A stretch of 64,000 nt of DNA from Escherichia phage ESCO5. The notes beneath the pieces are model-generated. The model was not told the origin of the DNA. It did not search any database and worked only from the letters and a program-made list of their open reading frames with translations. The position numbers and the translations under genes were made by a program. The DNA is taken from the sequence record NC_047776.2; one strand, given 5' to 3'. This document shows positions 10,151-19,397 of the stretch, one piece after another. The stretch's first letter is position 1. Every line of letters starts with the position of its first letter.

Positions 10151-10552
10151 TTAGTATTGCTCGCCACTAATACGTTCCTTAAGTTGTTTAATAGCTTCGA
10201 TTGCATCTACATAAGAAGAGTTATACATGTGTTTCAGTGCTACTCGTATTAAAGGATCTTTTGTGAAGAAATCAATAAGAAGCATAGCTTGATCATGTTT
10301 AGCTGCATTTGTCATAGATGGATAATTTTCACGAACCATATACGTGTTATTTTGCATAAGGGTTCTTTCTAGTTCAATACAATGAATAGCTTTATCTAGG
10401 TTAATCTGACGTTCACCTTTAATACGTGTTGCGTATTTTGCCAATTTGCAAAAACAAGGTGTGCCACCAACCAAATAAGCTAGTTCAATAGGTTGCATTG
10501 CCATTTTTGTGTAGTGATCACCGTCAACCTGATTATCAAAAGCATTAGACAT
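10151..10552 (-). CDS. hypothetical protein
   Basis: 133-aa ORF with GDHY motif near N-terminus. Confidence 0.4.
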   Translation of the reverse strand: MSNAFDNQVDGDHYTKMAMQPIELAYLVGGTPCFCKLAKYATRIKGERQINLDKAIHCIELERTLMQNNTYMVRENYPSMTNAAKHDQAMLLIDFFTKDPLIRVALKHMYNSSYVDAIEAIKQLKERISGEQY

Positions 10553-10817
10553 AATTTTCCTCCTGAATTCCTACTGCACCTTCTTCTGGGTAGTCTGCAT
10601 AATAAGCTACCCTACCTTGATAGATAATATCACCATCGTCATTATAAATTGCTGTATCTTCTTGGATTGTTATTTCAACGTCAAGAAGATCTGGATCTTT
10701 ATTGATGGTATAGTTCAAACCTAACATTTCAAACAGTTCGAAAATTTCGTTACCTGTTAATGTAATGCTCATATTTCCTCCTTTTATTGTGGTTAGCAGA
10801 GTATACACTAATATCAA
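10545..10817 (-). CDS. hypothetical protein
   Basis: 90-aa ORF. Confidence 0.4.
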   Translation of the reverse strand: MILVYTLLTTIKGGNMSITLTGNEIFELFEMLGLNYTINKDPDLLDVEITIQEDTAIYNDDGDIIYQGRVAYYADYPEEGAVGIQEENYV

Positions 10818-10858
10818 ATTTTTGTCAATAAAAAAGGGAGCAATAAGCTCCCTGATTA

Positions 10859-11818
10859 TTAGATTCCAATGATAGTTGCTGCTCGTTTATCCTTGGATCT
10901 GGTGTTTGCTCTACTACGTGACAAACCTCCGCAAGATTCACAACGAATGATATCGAAAGAACTTACCGCAGTGTGGTATTGTTTACCAGTAACAACGTGA
11001 ACGTGATCACTGCCACAACGAGAACAACGGACCTTCTCATCTGGGTAATAAGCGGATAAGTTAGGATGCTGTGGAATCCACGGAAGGATTTTCATATACA
11101 AATCACGGAGTGAAACAACATCACCGTCATTGTAAATCTGCATACGTTCAAAAGCATCACGATCACCTTCACAACATGCTTTCCATAAAGGGAACCCCTC
11201 GTTATCCAGTTTTTCACTTTCTGTTTCGAAATATGCTCCCATTTCTTTAAGGGAGTTGGAAGGAAGTGCAAATTGTTTCTTAGCTGCCTTCAATGTATCA
11301 ACAACTACATAATTAGAAGGAGGAGCCATATCGTGATATGCAAATCGTTGGTTAATGTATGCACGGTCAAACTTATACCCGTTGTGTGCCACAACTACAT
11401 CTGCCTCATTCAGAAGGTTCCAAAGATCTTGGCAAAGCTCCCAATCATCTGTATGATCAATATCAAAAAGAGGATAAGAAGACAAATTCTTACCTTCCAC
11501 TTCACCAGTATACAGATCAGCAGAAGAATAAGATAACAAATAACCTCTGCGAATTACCTGGTCTGGAGAAATGAAGGCTTTGAATCGACGGAAAGTATAT
11601 GCAATCTCTGGTGCAGTTTCAACATCAATAATTTTAATAACTGGTTGTTTCTTTTTAACTGGTTCTTGTTTACTTCCACTGAAACGTGCAAGGAAATCAT
11701 TCACTGTGCTTTTTCTTGTTGGGCTACCTAAAACAATTGCTGCAATATTGCGAGAAGACATACCCTCTGCACTCATACTAAGGATATCTGCTTTCTGCTC
11801 TTCTGTTAATCTGCTCAC
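10859..11818 (-). CDS. DnaQ-like 3'-5' exonuclease with N-terminal HTH and C-terminal zinc ribbon (putative)
   Basis: 319 aa; IIDVETAP (Exo I DxE) and VVVAHNGYKFD (Exo II HNGxxFD); C-terminal CSRCG...CESCGG. Confidence 0.5.
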   Translation of the reverse strand: MSRLTEEQKADILSMSAEGMSSRNIAAIVLGSPTRKSTVNDFLARFSGSKQEPVKKKQPVIKIIDVETAPEIAYTFRRFKAFISPDQVIRRGYLLSYSSADLYTGEVEGKNLSSYPLFDIDHTDDWELCQDLWNLLNEADVVVAHNGYKFDRAYINQRFAYHDMAPPSNYVVVDTLKAAKKQFALPSNSLKEMGAYFETESEKLDNEGFPLWKACCEGDRDAFERMQIYNDGDVVSLRDLYMKILPWIPQHPNLSAYYPDEKVRCSRCGSDHVHVVTGKQYHTAVSSFDIIRCESCGGLSRSRANTRSKDKRAATIIGI

Positions 11819-12933
11819 TCTGCCTCCTGTTGTGAGATGTATGACTGAAGCATACTCTCAAATGTTGTATCGTCATTATCCCAGCGTTTCATGTATACCA
11901 ACTGGAAAATTGTTTCTATCCATTCATCTGTTGTCATATGGACTTCTTCTCCATCCCAAGAAGTAAAATTAACACCATCTGGGAACCACGAGTAGTAAGT
12001 ATCTTTAACTGTTTGGAAAAGCTCTGCTTGAGTTTTACAAGCTGAAAGAAGATTAAAACAAGTAATATCTCCAAACTTAATATCAAAATCTTGATAGGGT
12101 CGGATACTATCTGTTTTATCTCCCATTAGCATCTGATATGCTAACCAGTAACTGCCCCAACCTTTAACTTCTTTCTTTTTACCTTTATCTACGATCCATA
12201 TATCGCCAATAGATTCATCAATAAGAATTATATCTGGATTTTTAAAGACTCCATCTTCTTTGTAGAAATTAAAAAGAATACTAGGAGTATGTAAACTATC
12301 TTTATCTATAGATACCACGATATAAGAAAATTTACCCGTCCTTTTATAATCTTTATAACCTTGGAAACCATATTTCTCTAACTCATCGTCAGCCTCTATT
12401 ACAGTAACAACATCACCATTGTGGAACTCCACAAGATAATCTTTGGTTTCTGAAAGCTGAAGTGGTTTGATATCTAATCGTTCAGACTTATATTCTACAG
12501 GCATTTTGAAGGCGTGTCTGAAAGTTTTTCCTACGCCAATAACTCCGCAATATTTTTCTAAACGCAGATGTTTTAGAATACCTAAGACTTTTGTTTTAGC
12601 TGCTTGGAAGGTGTGTCCGATATCTTCTGGCGGGTATTGCTTATCAATAATTTCGAACTCTTCCTTTGTGAAGGGACGTTTGTTTTTGGAGGCTCTTTCT
12701 GCATTTGTATCTCCTAGCCAACCTCCAATTTTAGTCTTACTTTTACCCCAAAACTCTGTCTTATTTTTAAATTCCTTTTGAGCACCTGAAGGGATGTGCT
12801 TCGCAATGATTGTTCTTTTCTCTAATGCAGACGCTGCTTGGAAAGCAATCTGATCATAATCAATTGCAGCTATTGTCTCTTCGTTGACATATAAATGAAG
12901 ATCTTCAGGTTTAATTAAAATATAACCGCTAAT
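11815..12933 (-). CDS. T4 RNase H / FEN-family 5'-3' exonuclease-like protein, start codon uncertain (no canonical start)
   Basis: ORF track gives 11815-12504, but the frame stays open for 147 more codons up to the TAA at 12946-12948 with no ATG/GTG/TTG. The extension reads like the FEN N-domain (GYILIKPED) and the body has a GDKTDSI motif like T4 RNase H GDKKDNV. Likely ATT start near 12933-12931 after AGGGGGAAA. Confidence 0.5.
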   Translation of the reverse strand: MSGYILIKPEDLHLYVNEETIAAIDYDQIAFQAASALEKRTIIAKHIPSGAQKEFKNKTEFWGKSKTKIGGWLGDTNAERASKNKRPFTKEEFEIIDKQYPPEDIGHTFQAAKTKVLGILKHLRLEKYCGVIGVGKTFRHAFKMPVEYKSERLDIKPLQLSETKDYLVEFHNGDVVTVIEADDELEKYGFQGYKDYKRTGKFSYIVVSIDKDSLHTPSILFNFYKEDGVFKNPDIILIDESIGDIWIVDKGKKKEVKGWGSYWLAYQMLMGDKTDSIRPYQDFDIKFGDITCFNLLSACKTQAELFQTVKDTYYSWFPDGVNFTSWDGEEVHMTTDEWIETIFQLVYMKRWDNDDTTFESMLQSYISQQEAE

Positions 12934-12945
12934 ATTTCCCCCTAA

Positions 12946-13155
12946 TTATTCATCGTCATCCTCTGTTGAGAATGTTTTAGTATACGGACATTGACGACTT
13001 TTCGGGATTGCTATAACTTCATCTTGGTTAGCGTTAGAATAGTAGCAATATTTTGTGTTGCCATTAACTTCAGAATTAGACAAGATTAAAGTAATTTGAC
13101 CTGCTGCTACTGTGAAACTAAAAGCTAAAAGAACAACTGTCAGAATCTTTTTCAT
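12946..13155 (-). CDS. small secreted or membrane-anchored protein (signal peptide)
   Basis: 69 aa; MKKILTVVLLAFSFTVAAGQ signal-like N-terminus; AGGAGG RBS. Confidence 0.45.
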   Translation of the reverse strand: MKKILTVVLLAFSFTVAAGQITLILSNSEVNGNTKYCYYSNANQDEVIAIPKSRQCPYTKTFSTEDDDE

Positions 13156-13165
13156 AACGCCTCCT

Positions 13166-13194
13166 AAAAAGCCTACCTCATTAAGTAGGTAGGC
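13166..13194 (-). terminator. rho-independent terminator
   Basis: Minus strand GCCTACCT...AGGTAGGC hairpin followed by TTTTT, between 13228 gene and 13155 start. Confidence 0.5.
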
Positions 13195-13227
13195 ATAATA
13201 TCATAACTAATCCCGCAAGTCAAGAAC

Positions 13228-14106
13228 TTATTTAAGGATTGTTGCTTTGGTTAAATCTTCCATCAGACCTCGAATCTCATTGAAGCACAGAAGGACTGAA
13301 GCTTCAATACTACCTTCTTCGTCTGCAAAATATTTCGGAAAACGTAGTTTAGAAAGTTTAAACTCTTTATCAACTACAAAATCTACAACACCGTCATATT
13401 CAAGACCGATTGCAACAACATCTTTACCATCTTCTTTTAGTTCGACAGCTTTAGACTCGTATAGGGATTCTTTACTCCAAACAACAACGCCCTCGCTATC
13501 CTCCATTTTGATATAATTTCCGAGAGTAATACGATCTGCTTCGTGATTCTCCAGCAATTCACCAAAACCTTTTACAATAGCTTCTTCGTGCACACTAAAA
13601 CCTACCGAAGGGAAAGTCCCCAGGACGGAACGGAGGAAAGAAGTAATCTCTTCTGCAACCTTTTTACTTCCATTAAGAACATAAAGAAGATTCGTAGTTT
13701 TATCCAAGACAACATAGTTAGAGAAATCTTCAGGTTCTGTTTCAGGCAATAGTGCAAATTCAATATCTTCTTTCATTGCTTTGACTACTTCTTTATCGAC
13801 ATAAAACTCTTTACCTTCGCTCTCCATGTCCTGACGCATTTCTTCTAGACGTTCATTCAGAATACGTTTAACTTTCTTTTTATCTACTTTCTTCACAGAT
13901 TGACCTACATTAAGCAGTTCAAGATCTGAAAACTCTTTTACAAATTTAGAGTCATCTTCGAAACGAACAAGACCGATAGTGTGTGACTGGGAGCCTTCTG
14001 CTGTTACAAATTCCAGAGGAATATCTGTAATGCTGTTAAGGGATGCTACAGAAGCATTGTCACCAACAACCATAGGCAGAGCGGATTTAAAAGATTTTAC
14101 AAACAT
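13228..14106 (-). CDS. hypothetical protein
   Basis: 292-aa ORF, acidic. Confidence 0.45.
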   Translation of the reverse strand: MFVKSFKSALPMVVGDNASVASLNSITDIPLEFVTAEGSQSHTIGLVRFEDDSKFVKEFSDLELLNVGQSVKKVDKKKVKRILNERLEEMRQDMESEGKEFYVDKEVVKAMKEDIEFALLPETEPEDFSNYVVLDKTTNLLYVLNGSKKVAEEITSFLRSVLGTFPSVGFSVHEEAIVKGFGELLENHEADRITLGNYIKMEDSEGVVVWSKESLYESKAVELKEDGKDVVAIGLEYDGVVDFVVDKEFKLSKLRFPKYFADEEGSIEASVLLCFNEIRGLMEDLTKATILK

Positions 14107-14162
14107 GTTTCCTCCTATTTAATACATCTCACATTACCGCCCGTAAAGGGCGGCTTACAACA

Positions 14163-14888
14163 TTACTTGTTAATAATGGCTGCAATGTTAGGTTCAATGA
14201 AACCTGACCACTTCATGATCTTACCTTTATCATCAAAGAACACATACACTTTCTGTTTTTCATTATAAACAGCATGAACACCAGTGTATGCCCCTTCTGG
14301 ACGATTGGCATTTCGTTCTTCAATTGCAGCGCATTCTTGTGCAATGGCTGAATCGATATCCGAAGTTTTCCAAGTTTTCAGCAACTGTTGTTTAGTTGGA
14401 TACTTGGAATCATTACTTTTCAATACCTCTTTAATAACTTTCTTTTCTGGATATTTTGAACGGATTAGAGTGTCACGAGACATACGCATAATACCAGCAG
14501 CCATTAGTGCCATTTGAACTGGCTCTGTAAATGTTTGTTCCAAAGCATCAAAATCAGTATACACAGTTGGAGTAAAAACATCGCCTACAGCATAGTCCAA
14601 GAAATTCATCGTATGTTCTTCACCAAAGAACATGTAGGTCAGATAACTGGATACTACAAAAATATCCGCTGCTGCATCCAATAGTTCTACATGATCGTTT
14701 ACTTTCGCGGCTGTTTCATACTCTTTAAGCTCTTCACGAACGAATCCGATTTGGGACATAAATAGCTCTTGAGTGAATTCAGGTTGTTCACCACCCCGTG
14801 CTTTAGCATTCCAATCAATCACGTGCTTCGCTGCATTTTTGAAAAATTCAGTATCGAACTTAATATCTTTAAAAAAATTCTCGATCAT
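14163..14888 (-). CDS. hypothetical protein, possible MazG-like all-alpha NTP pyrophosphohydrolase domain
   Basis: 241 aa; VREELKEYETA...ELLDAAADI resembles ExxEE...ExxD metal-binding motifs. Confidence 0.35.
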   Translation of the reverse strand: MIENFFKDIKFDTEFFKNAAKHVIDWNAKARGGEQPEFTQELFMSQIGFVREELKEYETAAKVNDHVELLDAAADIFVVSSYLTYMFFGEEHTMNFLDYAVGDVFTPTVYTDFDALEQTFTEPVQMALMAAGIMRMSRDTLIRSKYPEKKVIKEVLKSNDSKYPTKQQLLKTWKTSDIDSAIAQECAAIEERNANRPEGAYTGVHAVYNEKQKVYVFFDDKGKIMKWSGFIEPNIAAIINK

Positions 14889-14897
14889 TATAACTCC

Positions 14898-15158
14898 TTA
14901 TTTAAAATAGCTTTCTAGAAAGTTGCTAATATTTACTACAGTCTCACCCATGTAAATTCCTGCGAAACCGAAAACAAGCATACGTGGAATATTGAAATAC
15001 CATTTATCCGCTGGAAAAGATGCCAGAATTACAATAGCAATTGCTATCAGCATCATAAGAATTGTTGCTAAAATTATCATAAAAATGCCTCCAGGTATTT
15101 TGAACAATGATAAGCTAAGAAACAAGAAACTACCGCATACCCAACTCCAGACATACAT
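14898..15158 (-). CDS. hypothetical membrane protein
   Basis: 86 aa, two to three hydrophobic helices. Confidence 0.35.
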   Translation of the reverse strand: MYVWSWVCGSFLFLSLSLFKIPGGIFMIILATILMMLIAIAIVILASFPADKWYFNIPRMLVFGFAGIYMGETVVNISNFLESYFK

Positions 15159-15280
15159 GAATCAATCACAACACATACGGTTCTTTTCTTTGAATTCTTA
15201 GGAAAGTTTTCTGAAGCATTCATACAATAAAAAGAAAGCACACTGAAAATGATTAAAATGGCTAAGAACATTTTTCCTCC

Positions 15281-16408
15281 TTACTCTGCTGGTTCCCAAG
15301 TGCCTGGGATCATTTCTCGAATACGAACACCAACAGGTTTTGTTGGAATACCTTCATCTGAAAATTCTTCATACTCTATTTCAACGAACTGATTAATCAA
15401 GGTAGAAGCATTCTCTGCTTTACGATAATTGATAGTCTCATGAGCATCTTTACGCATTAAGAATTCGACTACTTTACCATTTTCCATCTCACCTGTCAAC
15501 ACTCCATCGCCATTTTTATCGCTTTTTGAATTTGTTACTTTAACTTCAAGGGTGTGGCGAGGCTTACGTTTAATAACGTCATAAGAACGTTTATCAAATT
15601 CGTAAACTCCGTGAGCATTACGATATACTACACCTTCAGCTTTCTCAAGTAAAGCTTTTTCATAGAAAGCGTCAAACTGCTCTTGGTTTTCAATATACTC
15701 TGTATGAACTACACAAATAAGCTCGTCAAGACCATAATCTTCAACTACTGCCTTAAGAGCAGCAAGAGCATCAACACGTTTTTCAAACGGTAGACCTGGA
15801 ACTGGAATATCGTATACGTAATAATTCAGCAAAGGTGTATTTGCATTATGCTTCTTCCAAGCACTGTTAATTTGTTGCAGACTAAGGACACCTAACCCAG
15901 CAAACACTTCACCATCAAGAGGATGACCAACAACTTCACTAATAAAGTTTGGAATACCTTTCCAATGAGGTGGCAGGTTATACACTTCCCCAGCTTTTGA
16001 TAAACACTCCCCTTTCATGTTAATCATAGAACGTAACCCGTTCAGTTTGTATTGTGCATAACCAGGGAACACAACCCTTTCAGGATAATCTTTATAATCC
16101 TGGCATTTCATTGGTGTGGAAGGAACATGGTTTTCAGCTTCTTCTTTTGTTTTATAATAGCCATTCTTTAACTGTTTTGTCCATTTGGCAAAAGCTTCAA
16201 GTTCAGCTTGTTCTTCCGGTGTTGTTTCATTGGAACGACCAATGTTTTTTGCTTCTGCTGTATAAGATTTTTCTGTGATCTTTCCACCTACTCTTCCATG
16301 AGCTACAGTAACAACTGCACCATCTGTATATACTGTCCACTGTTTAAGTTTTCCTTTTGAATCTTTACCATACAGCGTTTGATTTGTTTGTTGCATTAGT
16401 CCTCCCAT
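15281..16408 (-). CDS. ATP-dependent polynucleotide ligase (nucleotidyltransferase superfamily), motif I variant KxNG
   Basis: 375 aa; motif I YKLNGLR (N in place of D), motif III PLDGEVFA, later YVYD and EGVVYR motifs. Confidence 0.55.
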   Translation of the reverse strand: MGGLMQQTNQTLYGKDSKGKLKQWTVYTDGAVVTVAHGRVGGKITEKSYTAEAKNIGRSNETTPEEQAELEAFAKWTKQLKNGYYKTKEEAENHVPSTPMKCQDYKDYPERVVFPGYAQYKLNGLRSMINMKGECLSKAGEVYNLPPHWKGIPNFISEVVGHPLDGEVFAGLGVLSLQQINSAWKKHNANTPLLNYYVYDIPVPGLPFEKRVDALAALKAVVEDYGLDELICVVHTEYIENQEQFDAFYEKALLEKAEGVVYRNAHGVYEFDKRSYDVIKRKPRHTLEVKVTNSKSDKNGDGVLTGEMENGKVVEFLMRKDAHETINYRKAENASTLINQFVEIEYEEFSDEGIPTKPVGVRIREMIPGTWEPAE

Positions 16409-16617
16409 TTAAAAACTGAAATTTTCAATCTGTTACACACTTCATCCAAATCTGCGTCGAGTAACGTTGTAGATGTTGCCAACATATAATCAATGCTTGT
16501 GAAACCTTGCCCTTTGGCATAGTCAAGCATATCTTCATACATATCTTCAAGATCACCGTCATCAAAAGTAGCTAGAAAATCCTCGTCTCCGCTACGAACA
16601 TAAAATGCAGTACTCAT
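16396..16617 (-). CDS. hypothetical acidic protein
   Basis: 73-aa ORF. Confidence 0.35.
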   Translation of the reverse strand: MSTAFYVRSGDEDFLATFDDGDLEDMYEDMLDYAKGQGFTSIDYMLATSTTLLDADLDEVCNRLKISVFKWED

Positions 16618-16805
16618 TCTTCTTCATCCCAAGATTCAAAAGCACAACAATCATCGGTTTCTATAATACCAACACGTCCGCAGGTATTGCAAGTGATTTT
16701 ATCCCCGTAGAATAAATAATTTTTATCACCCTCTGTGTTTACAGTTATGTCATTACTACCACAAGGGCAAGTCAGCCAACCAACAACAACGATATCTTTT
16801 TTCAT
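16614..16805 (-). CDS. hypothetical zinc-ribbon protein
   Basis: 63 aa; CPCG...CNTCG. Confidence 0.4.
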   Translation of the reverse strand: MKKDIVVVGWLTCPCGSNDITVNTEGDKNYLFYGDKITCNTCGRVGIIETDDCCAFESWDEEE

Positions 16806-16814
16806 AATCCCTCC

Positions 16815-17141
16815 TTAAGCGTTCAGTTCGTTGTTGAGTTCGTAAATCTCTTCTTGAAGAGCATCAATCTCTTCCTCCAAACGGGAGATCTCTTCTTTTA
16901 GATATACCATTTCGGACTCTTTCTCTTCTAATTCATTTTCAAATTTTACTTTATTCGCCTCATTTTCATAATGCAGTTCAGCGTAATCATCACGCATTTG
17001 TTCAATAAGATGAATCAGAGACAAGATATAATTGTCTCCCGTTTCATCACGCCACTCTTCACCGTGACGGAGAACGGTAATTCGTCCAGTATCTTCATCT
17101 AAAATTGTCTCATATTTACGATCATCTGTATAAATCTGCAT
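16815..17141 (-). CDS. hypothetical coiled-coil protein
   Basis: 108 aa; C-terminal heptad-like ELEEKESEMVYLKEEISRLEEEIDALQEEIYELNNEL. Confidence 0.4.
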   Translation of the reverse strand: MQIYTDDRKYETILDEDTGRITVLRHGEEWRDETGDNYILSLIHLIEQMRDDYAELHYENEANKVKFENELEEKESEMVYLKEEISRLEEEIDALQEEIYELNNELNA

Positions 17142-17150
17142 TATTTCTCC

Positions 17151-17555
17151 TTATTGAAGTTTAAGTGAACCACGAAGACGTTTCTCTTGCTGATCACGGA
17201 TATATTGTGGAACCTCGTGAATTGAATCATTACCGTGCCTATTTTCAACAATTAAAGAGATAACTTGATAACCAAACTCTTCAGCAAGAGCTAGATAAGG
17301 TTTAAGTTCTTTCTCTGTGGTTGAAGTATTAGAAACAATAATCTTGTTAAGATTAGATGCCATAGCATCACGAACAATACCCTGACACCATGCGTGTGCT
17401 TTACCTACATTTTCTGGCTTCCAATCGTAAACACCACTCTCTGTGTAATGATATTGATCTGCCTCACAGATAGGCCAATAACCTTCAGAAATAATTTCTG
17501 CTACTGTAGATTTACCAGCACCTGAAACGCCACGTAAAATGATAAGTTGTTTCAT
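17151..17555 (-). CDS. polynucleotide 5'-kinase (T4 Pnk kinase-domain-like P-loop protein)
   Basis: 134 aa; Walker A GVSGAGKST near N-terminus, IIVSNTSTT like T4 Pnk; no HAD phosphatase domain attached. Confidence 0.6.
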   Translation of the reverse strand: MKQLIILRGVSGAGKSTVAEIISEGYWPICEADQYHYTESGVYDWKPENVGKAHAWCQGIVRDAMASNLNKIIVSNTSTTEKELKPYLALAEEFGYQVISLIVENRHGNDSIHEVPQYIRDQQEKRLRGSLKLQ

Positions 17556-18488
17556 TTATCCTCCAAAAAAGTTTTCGATTTTTTCACGTCGCTCTTGCTG
17601 ATTTAAAGCAGCCCATTGAGTCTTCGTAAAATTATTTCGAATCCATTCTAACAAAGCGTAATATTCTTCGTCAACAATTTGTTTGGCATTTTTCGGATTA
17701 TCCCAAATCAGATCCCACTTTTTATCTCCACCGCGCATAAGAAACTTCTTAGTAAGATAGTGTGGTGATTTAATTTTTAAAAGTAAGTTGAACGGATAGT
17801 TTGTTTCACGAACTACAAACCCTTCGTGTTTACAATGTTTAGACATTTCAACAACATCTGAAAACTTAACCATTGGATAAACTTCAGGACGCTTAAATTT
17901 GGTGACAGAAGCAATTCCATCAAGAGCACCTTCAGGTAACATAAAACTTGTCCCATCAGGATTTTGAATTCTGGCACCAATTAAGTATGCACCTGGTTCT
18001 TCTTCGACAATATGCGGATCAGAAGGATCACAGATTTCAAAAAGGAAAGTTGCTTTTGCACTCTCTGTCCATTTGATGAAATGTTCTATGTCATCACACT
18101 CTGAAACAATACGATTCTTTGCAATACTTGCAAAATCTGATTCAAGGCTTCCTGTTGTCGATACAATAAGTTGACCTTTATATACACCTACAGAGGCCAT
18201 AAAACCATTTACTTTACGAACCACATCTACAAGTTCATCCAATGGTAGATCTGTGCCATTCTCAAAACGATTAAAAATCTTAGTGAAAGGCCAAATAACA
18301 ACATTGTCATCAGCATCAACAACGATTCCGCGACATTCTAGAAGACGAGAATCAATGCTCCATAAGTTATCCCAGAAAACTTTGTTCTTATACTTAAGAA
18401 CAGATAGACCAGAATACTCTCCTTCTTTATATGTTTTCTTATGAACTAAACCTTTTTCAACCAAATCGTCGCAATTAAATTTAGTCAC
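17556..18488 (-). CDS. RNA ligase, T4 Rnl1 (RnlA) family
   Basis: 310 aa; LECRGIVVDADDNVV...FNRFEN resembles T4 Rnl1 ALECRGIMF...FFNLNEN; motif I RKVNGFMASV (KxNG). Confidence 0.7.
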   Translation of the reverse strand: MTKFNCDDLVEKGLVHKKTYKEGEYSGLSVLKYKNKVFWDNLWSIDSRLLECRGIVVDADDNVVIWPFTKIFNRFENGTDLPLDELVDVVRKVNGFMASVGVYKGQLIVSTTGSLESDFASIAKNRIVSECDDIEHFIKWTESAKATFLFEICDPSDPHIVEEEPGAYLIGARIQNPDGTSFMLPEGALDGIASVTKFKRPEVYPMVKFSDVVEMSKHCKHEGFVVRETNYPFNLLLKIKSPHYLTKKFLMRGGDKKWDLIWDNPKNAKQIVDEEYYALLEWIRNNFTKTQWAALNQQERREKIENFFGG

Positions 18489-18489
18489 A

Positions 18490-19041
18490 TTACTCTCCTT
18501 TGATTATTTTGTGATGGTCTACAGTCACGATATCTCGTTTACTCATCATAGAAATTATCTCATCAAAATGCAAGATTTTTCCGTGTGCATCCCAACCCAC
18601 ATCTAACATTTTACCATAAGCTTCATCAGGGAAAGATCCGTGGGAATGCCCGTGTAGCATGATTGATCCACGACCTTGTTTATTCCAGGAGGCCATAGGG
18701 TAATGACTTAAGACGAAGAACAGCTTCTGATATTTCACTTCGTCATAATACACCACTTCACCATACTCTGCAAGCACTTCTCGGTGTTTGCTGTAGTCAT
18801 GGTTCCCAACACAGTAGGTGATATCTCCTTGGAGACGAGAAGCAATTTTACGGGTATCTTCTTCAGTTCCGAAACAGAAGTCGCCCAAATGCCACATCTT
18901 AACACCAGGAGTAGTAGCACATTTGTTCCATGCTTCGATCAAGGCTTCTGTCATGTGGTCCATATCTTCCCACGGACGATATTCAGGAGCAAACTCTCGA
19001 ATACGTTTATGCATAAAATGCAAATCGCTTGTAATAAACAT
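18490..19041 (-). CDS. calcineurin-like metallophosphoesterase (putative RNA 3'-end healing phosphoesterase)
   Basis: 183 aa; binuclear-metal motifs SDLHFMH, HLGDFCFG, CVGNHDY, LHGHSHG. Confidence 0.7.
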   Translation of the reverse strand: MFITSDLHFMHKRIREFAPEYRPWEDMDHMTEALIEAWNKCATTPGVKMWHLGDFCFGTEEDTRKIASRLQGDITYCVGNHDYSKHREVLAEYGEVVYYDEVKYQKLFFVLSHYPMASWNKQGRGSIMLHGHSHGSFPDEAYGKMLDVGWDAHGKILHFDEIISMMSKRDIVTVDHHKIIKGE

Positions 19042-19397
19042 TAGTATAATCCCTCGCTAAATAATTCATGGTCGTGACCATTACGCTCATGGTCGATCTG
19101 GTCAGCATTTTCCGCGATGATGTAAGCATCCGCACGACTCCACCAATTGTAATACTGATCGATAAAGCCTTGATTATCTGGTGTGCACAAAGTTTTGTTG
19201 ATTACACCTGCTTCTTTCAACACGTTTAACTGTGCATATAGTACAGGATTTGCATGTCGAACACAAGGAATAATTAACTCTTCACCATTATTCAAAATAT
19301 ACTTATTTGCAGCACAGACGATAACACGTTGCGCATAATGACCCTCACCCATCCAGGTAAGAGGTTGGTAACAAATATTGTTTTCAATACCACTCAT
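19041..19397 (-). CDS. hypothetical protein
   Basis: 118-aa ORF directly upstream of the RNA repair operon. Confidence 0.4.
   Translation of the reverse strand: MSGIENNICYQPLTWMGEGHYAQRVIVCAANKYILNNGEELIIPCVRHANPVLYAQLNVLKEAGVINKTLCTPDNQGFIDQYYNWWSRADAYIIAENADQIDHERNGHDHELFSEGLY

Noticed and set aside
9973-10206. 77-aa minus-strand ORF from the track
   Set aside because: A minus-strand terminator hairpin plus T-run (10031-10060) lies inside it, and it overlaps the 3' end of 10151-10552; more likely non-coding.
12467-12781. 104-aa plus-strand ORF
   Set aside because: Antisense to the open, protein-like N-terminal extension of the FEN/RNase H-like gene.
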